Positions 62,619-64,000 of a DNA stretch of 64,000 nt are shown piece after piece (within the stretch, counting starts at the first letter, position 1; each line of letters starts with the position of its first letter). Source of the stretch: Botryllus schlosseri (lineage: Eukaryota); contig CM119371.1 of assembly GCA_051294905.1 (NCBI GenBank), forward strand, positions 34,288,001 through 34,352,000, in the 5' to 3' direction. The position numbers were made by a program, and so were the translations under genes. The notes below the pieces were generated by a model. The model worked only from the letters and a program-made list of their open reading frames with translations, searched no databases and was not told where the DNA came from.

Positions 62619-64000
62619 AGCAATATTACCAATTTACTTCGAAAATTATGTGCCACATTTTCGGTTGAATGACTATATCATACAACCATTAAACATATGC
62701 AAACATATTATTAACAGTGGCATGCTAAATTGTTTCATTGTGGCACAGCTCGAATTATCCACTATGCAATTAACATGAAAGAAAGATTTGCTAAATATCC
62801 TTCATTTTTCAAGTTTTTATAACATGGACTCTCTAATATCCTGAAATGTATGAATCATTCAAATATGGCAGATATCCAATCATGGATAATAAAAATGTAG
62901 ATAAAAAATCCAATTGTAGCTCTTGTGTATGAGTCAGCAACTAATAAAGAGATTAAACTTACTAATTTTGTCATTGCACACTATACTGATTACAAGCACA
63001 TACACTCTCACTACTAGTATCAATGGTCATAAATGGAATTTAGTCAAGTAGTCAAAGACCGTAGCCTATGTCTAGTCTACATGTACTTAATCAAGTATTC
63101 GAGGATTGGACTTGCAGTCTTTCTTAATCATTTGTTCGACCCGAACAGCTAAGCTACACTACACATGTTTTTATTTAGTCAAGTGGGAAGCATCGTTTGG
63201 TCATATTTACATCATTTTTACAATTTTACCAAACCAGCCGATGCATTTTCTCTGTCACAGTATCATGGTATAATCCCAAAAATTGCATCAATTTTGACTG
63301 CATCGCGAAAATGGGTATTGCGATTTTCTTCCCCTCTGCAAGTGAGTTGTAATTTGCAAGTAATGTCTAATTTCATCTATATCAGGGGAGGGCAACTTTT
63401 TCGGCCAAAGGGGCACATGAGATTTACGAACCATTGCGTGGGCAACTGTAATGTTGATAACCTTCTTTAGTCGTCCGATAGGAGCGAACCGAATTGGGTA
63501 ACATTGCAAACAAGACTTATATTTGTACGCTCTAAAATTGATAACAATATGTCATGCAGCTGTGCAGTGCAAAATATTTTTCCAAGATAATGACTGAATT
63601 ATATCAATAAATATGTTGCTAACATACATTGGGGGTCGCATCTGTATACCACTGGGCTGATTTGGCAAGGACATGATTATTCTAGGTTTAGACATAGCAA
63701 AATCGACGGTATCAGTGAACATGCCTCTATCATTTTGTGCAAATGTTTTGTCGACGATCTCGCTGCGAGTGCACAAGCGAAACCGCATGTTGGACGACAC
63801 GTTATCTCCTAATTGCGAATATAGTTAGACTCAATTCTGTGAATAATAGGTATTTATCATTTTCAGAAGGGGGCTCAAATACTGAATGCAAAAAATCTAG
63901 TGACAATGAATCATGCGAAGTACCGAGAAACAAAGTCAAATAAATCTGCTATGAAATATTCTACTTTATGGTCGTTTGCGAAGATCTGGGATAAATGTGG

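Noticed and set aside
62417..62672. PT-rich and GV-rich ORFs
   Set aside because: Translation of a (GACTCC)n array

Overview
Eukaryotic (animal, probably invertebrate; species not determinable from sequence) genomic DNA. Its coding content is a head-to-tail tandem array of single-exon UBE2D/Ubc4-5-like E2 ubiquitin-conjugating enzyme genes on the + strand: five intact copies (ATGs at 1167, 11073, 33651, 43502, 59919) and one multiply disabled pseudogene (~48799-49162) that the ORF track misses. Each intact copy has the same promoter layout, although the surrounding upstream DNA is largely unalignable by eye: an NF-kB/Rel-like GGG..CC site 38-58 bp upstream of a TATA box, which lies 64-80 bp upstream of the ATG. 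All five proteins carry Arg or Lys at the position equivalent to UBE2D Ser22 (the backside ubiquitin-binding residue) and have C-terminal tails not found in canonical UBE2D. My best candidate for an undescribed system is therefore an expanded, possibly immune/stress-inducible battery of modified E2 enzymes; that function is inference. The intergenic DNA is dense with transposon relics: many hAT-type MITEs with 8-bp TSDs, foldback elements with 9-bp TSDs, a 36-bp palindromic micro-element with 7-bp TSDs, a tRNA-headed SINE, LINE 3' ends, and a 28S rRNA fragment inside a MITE.
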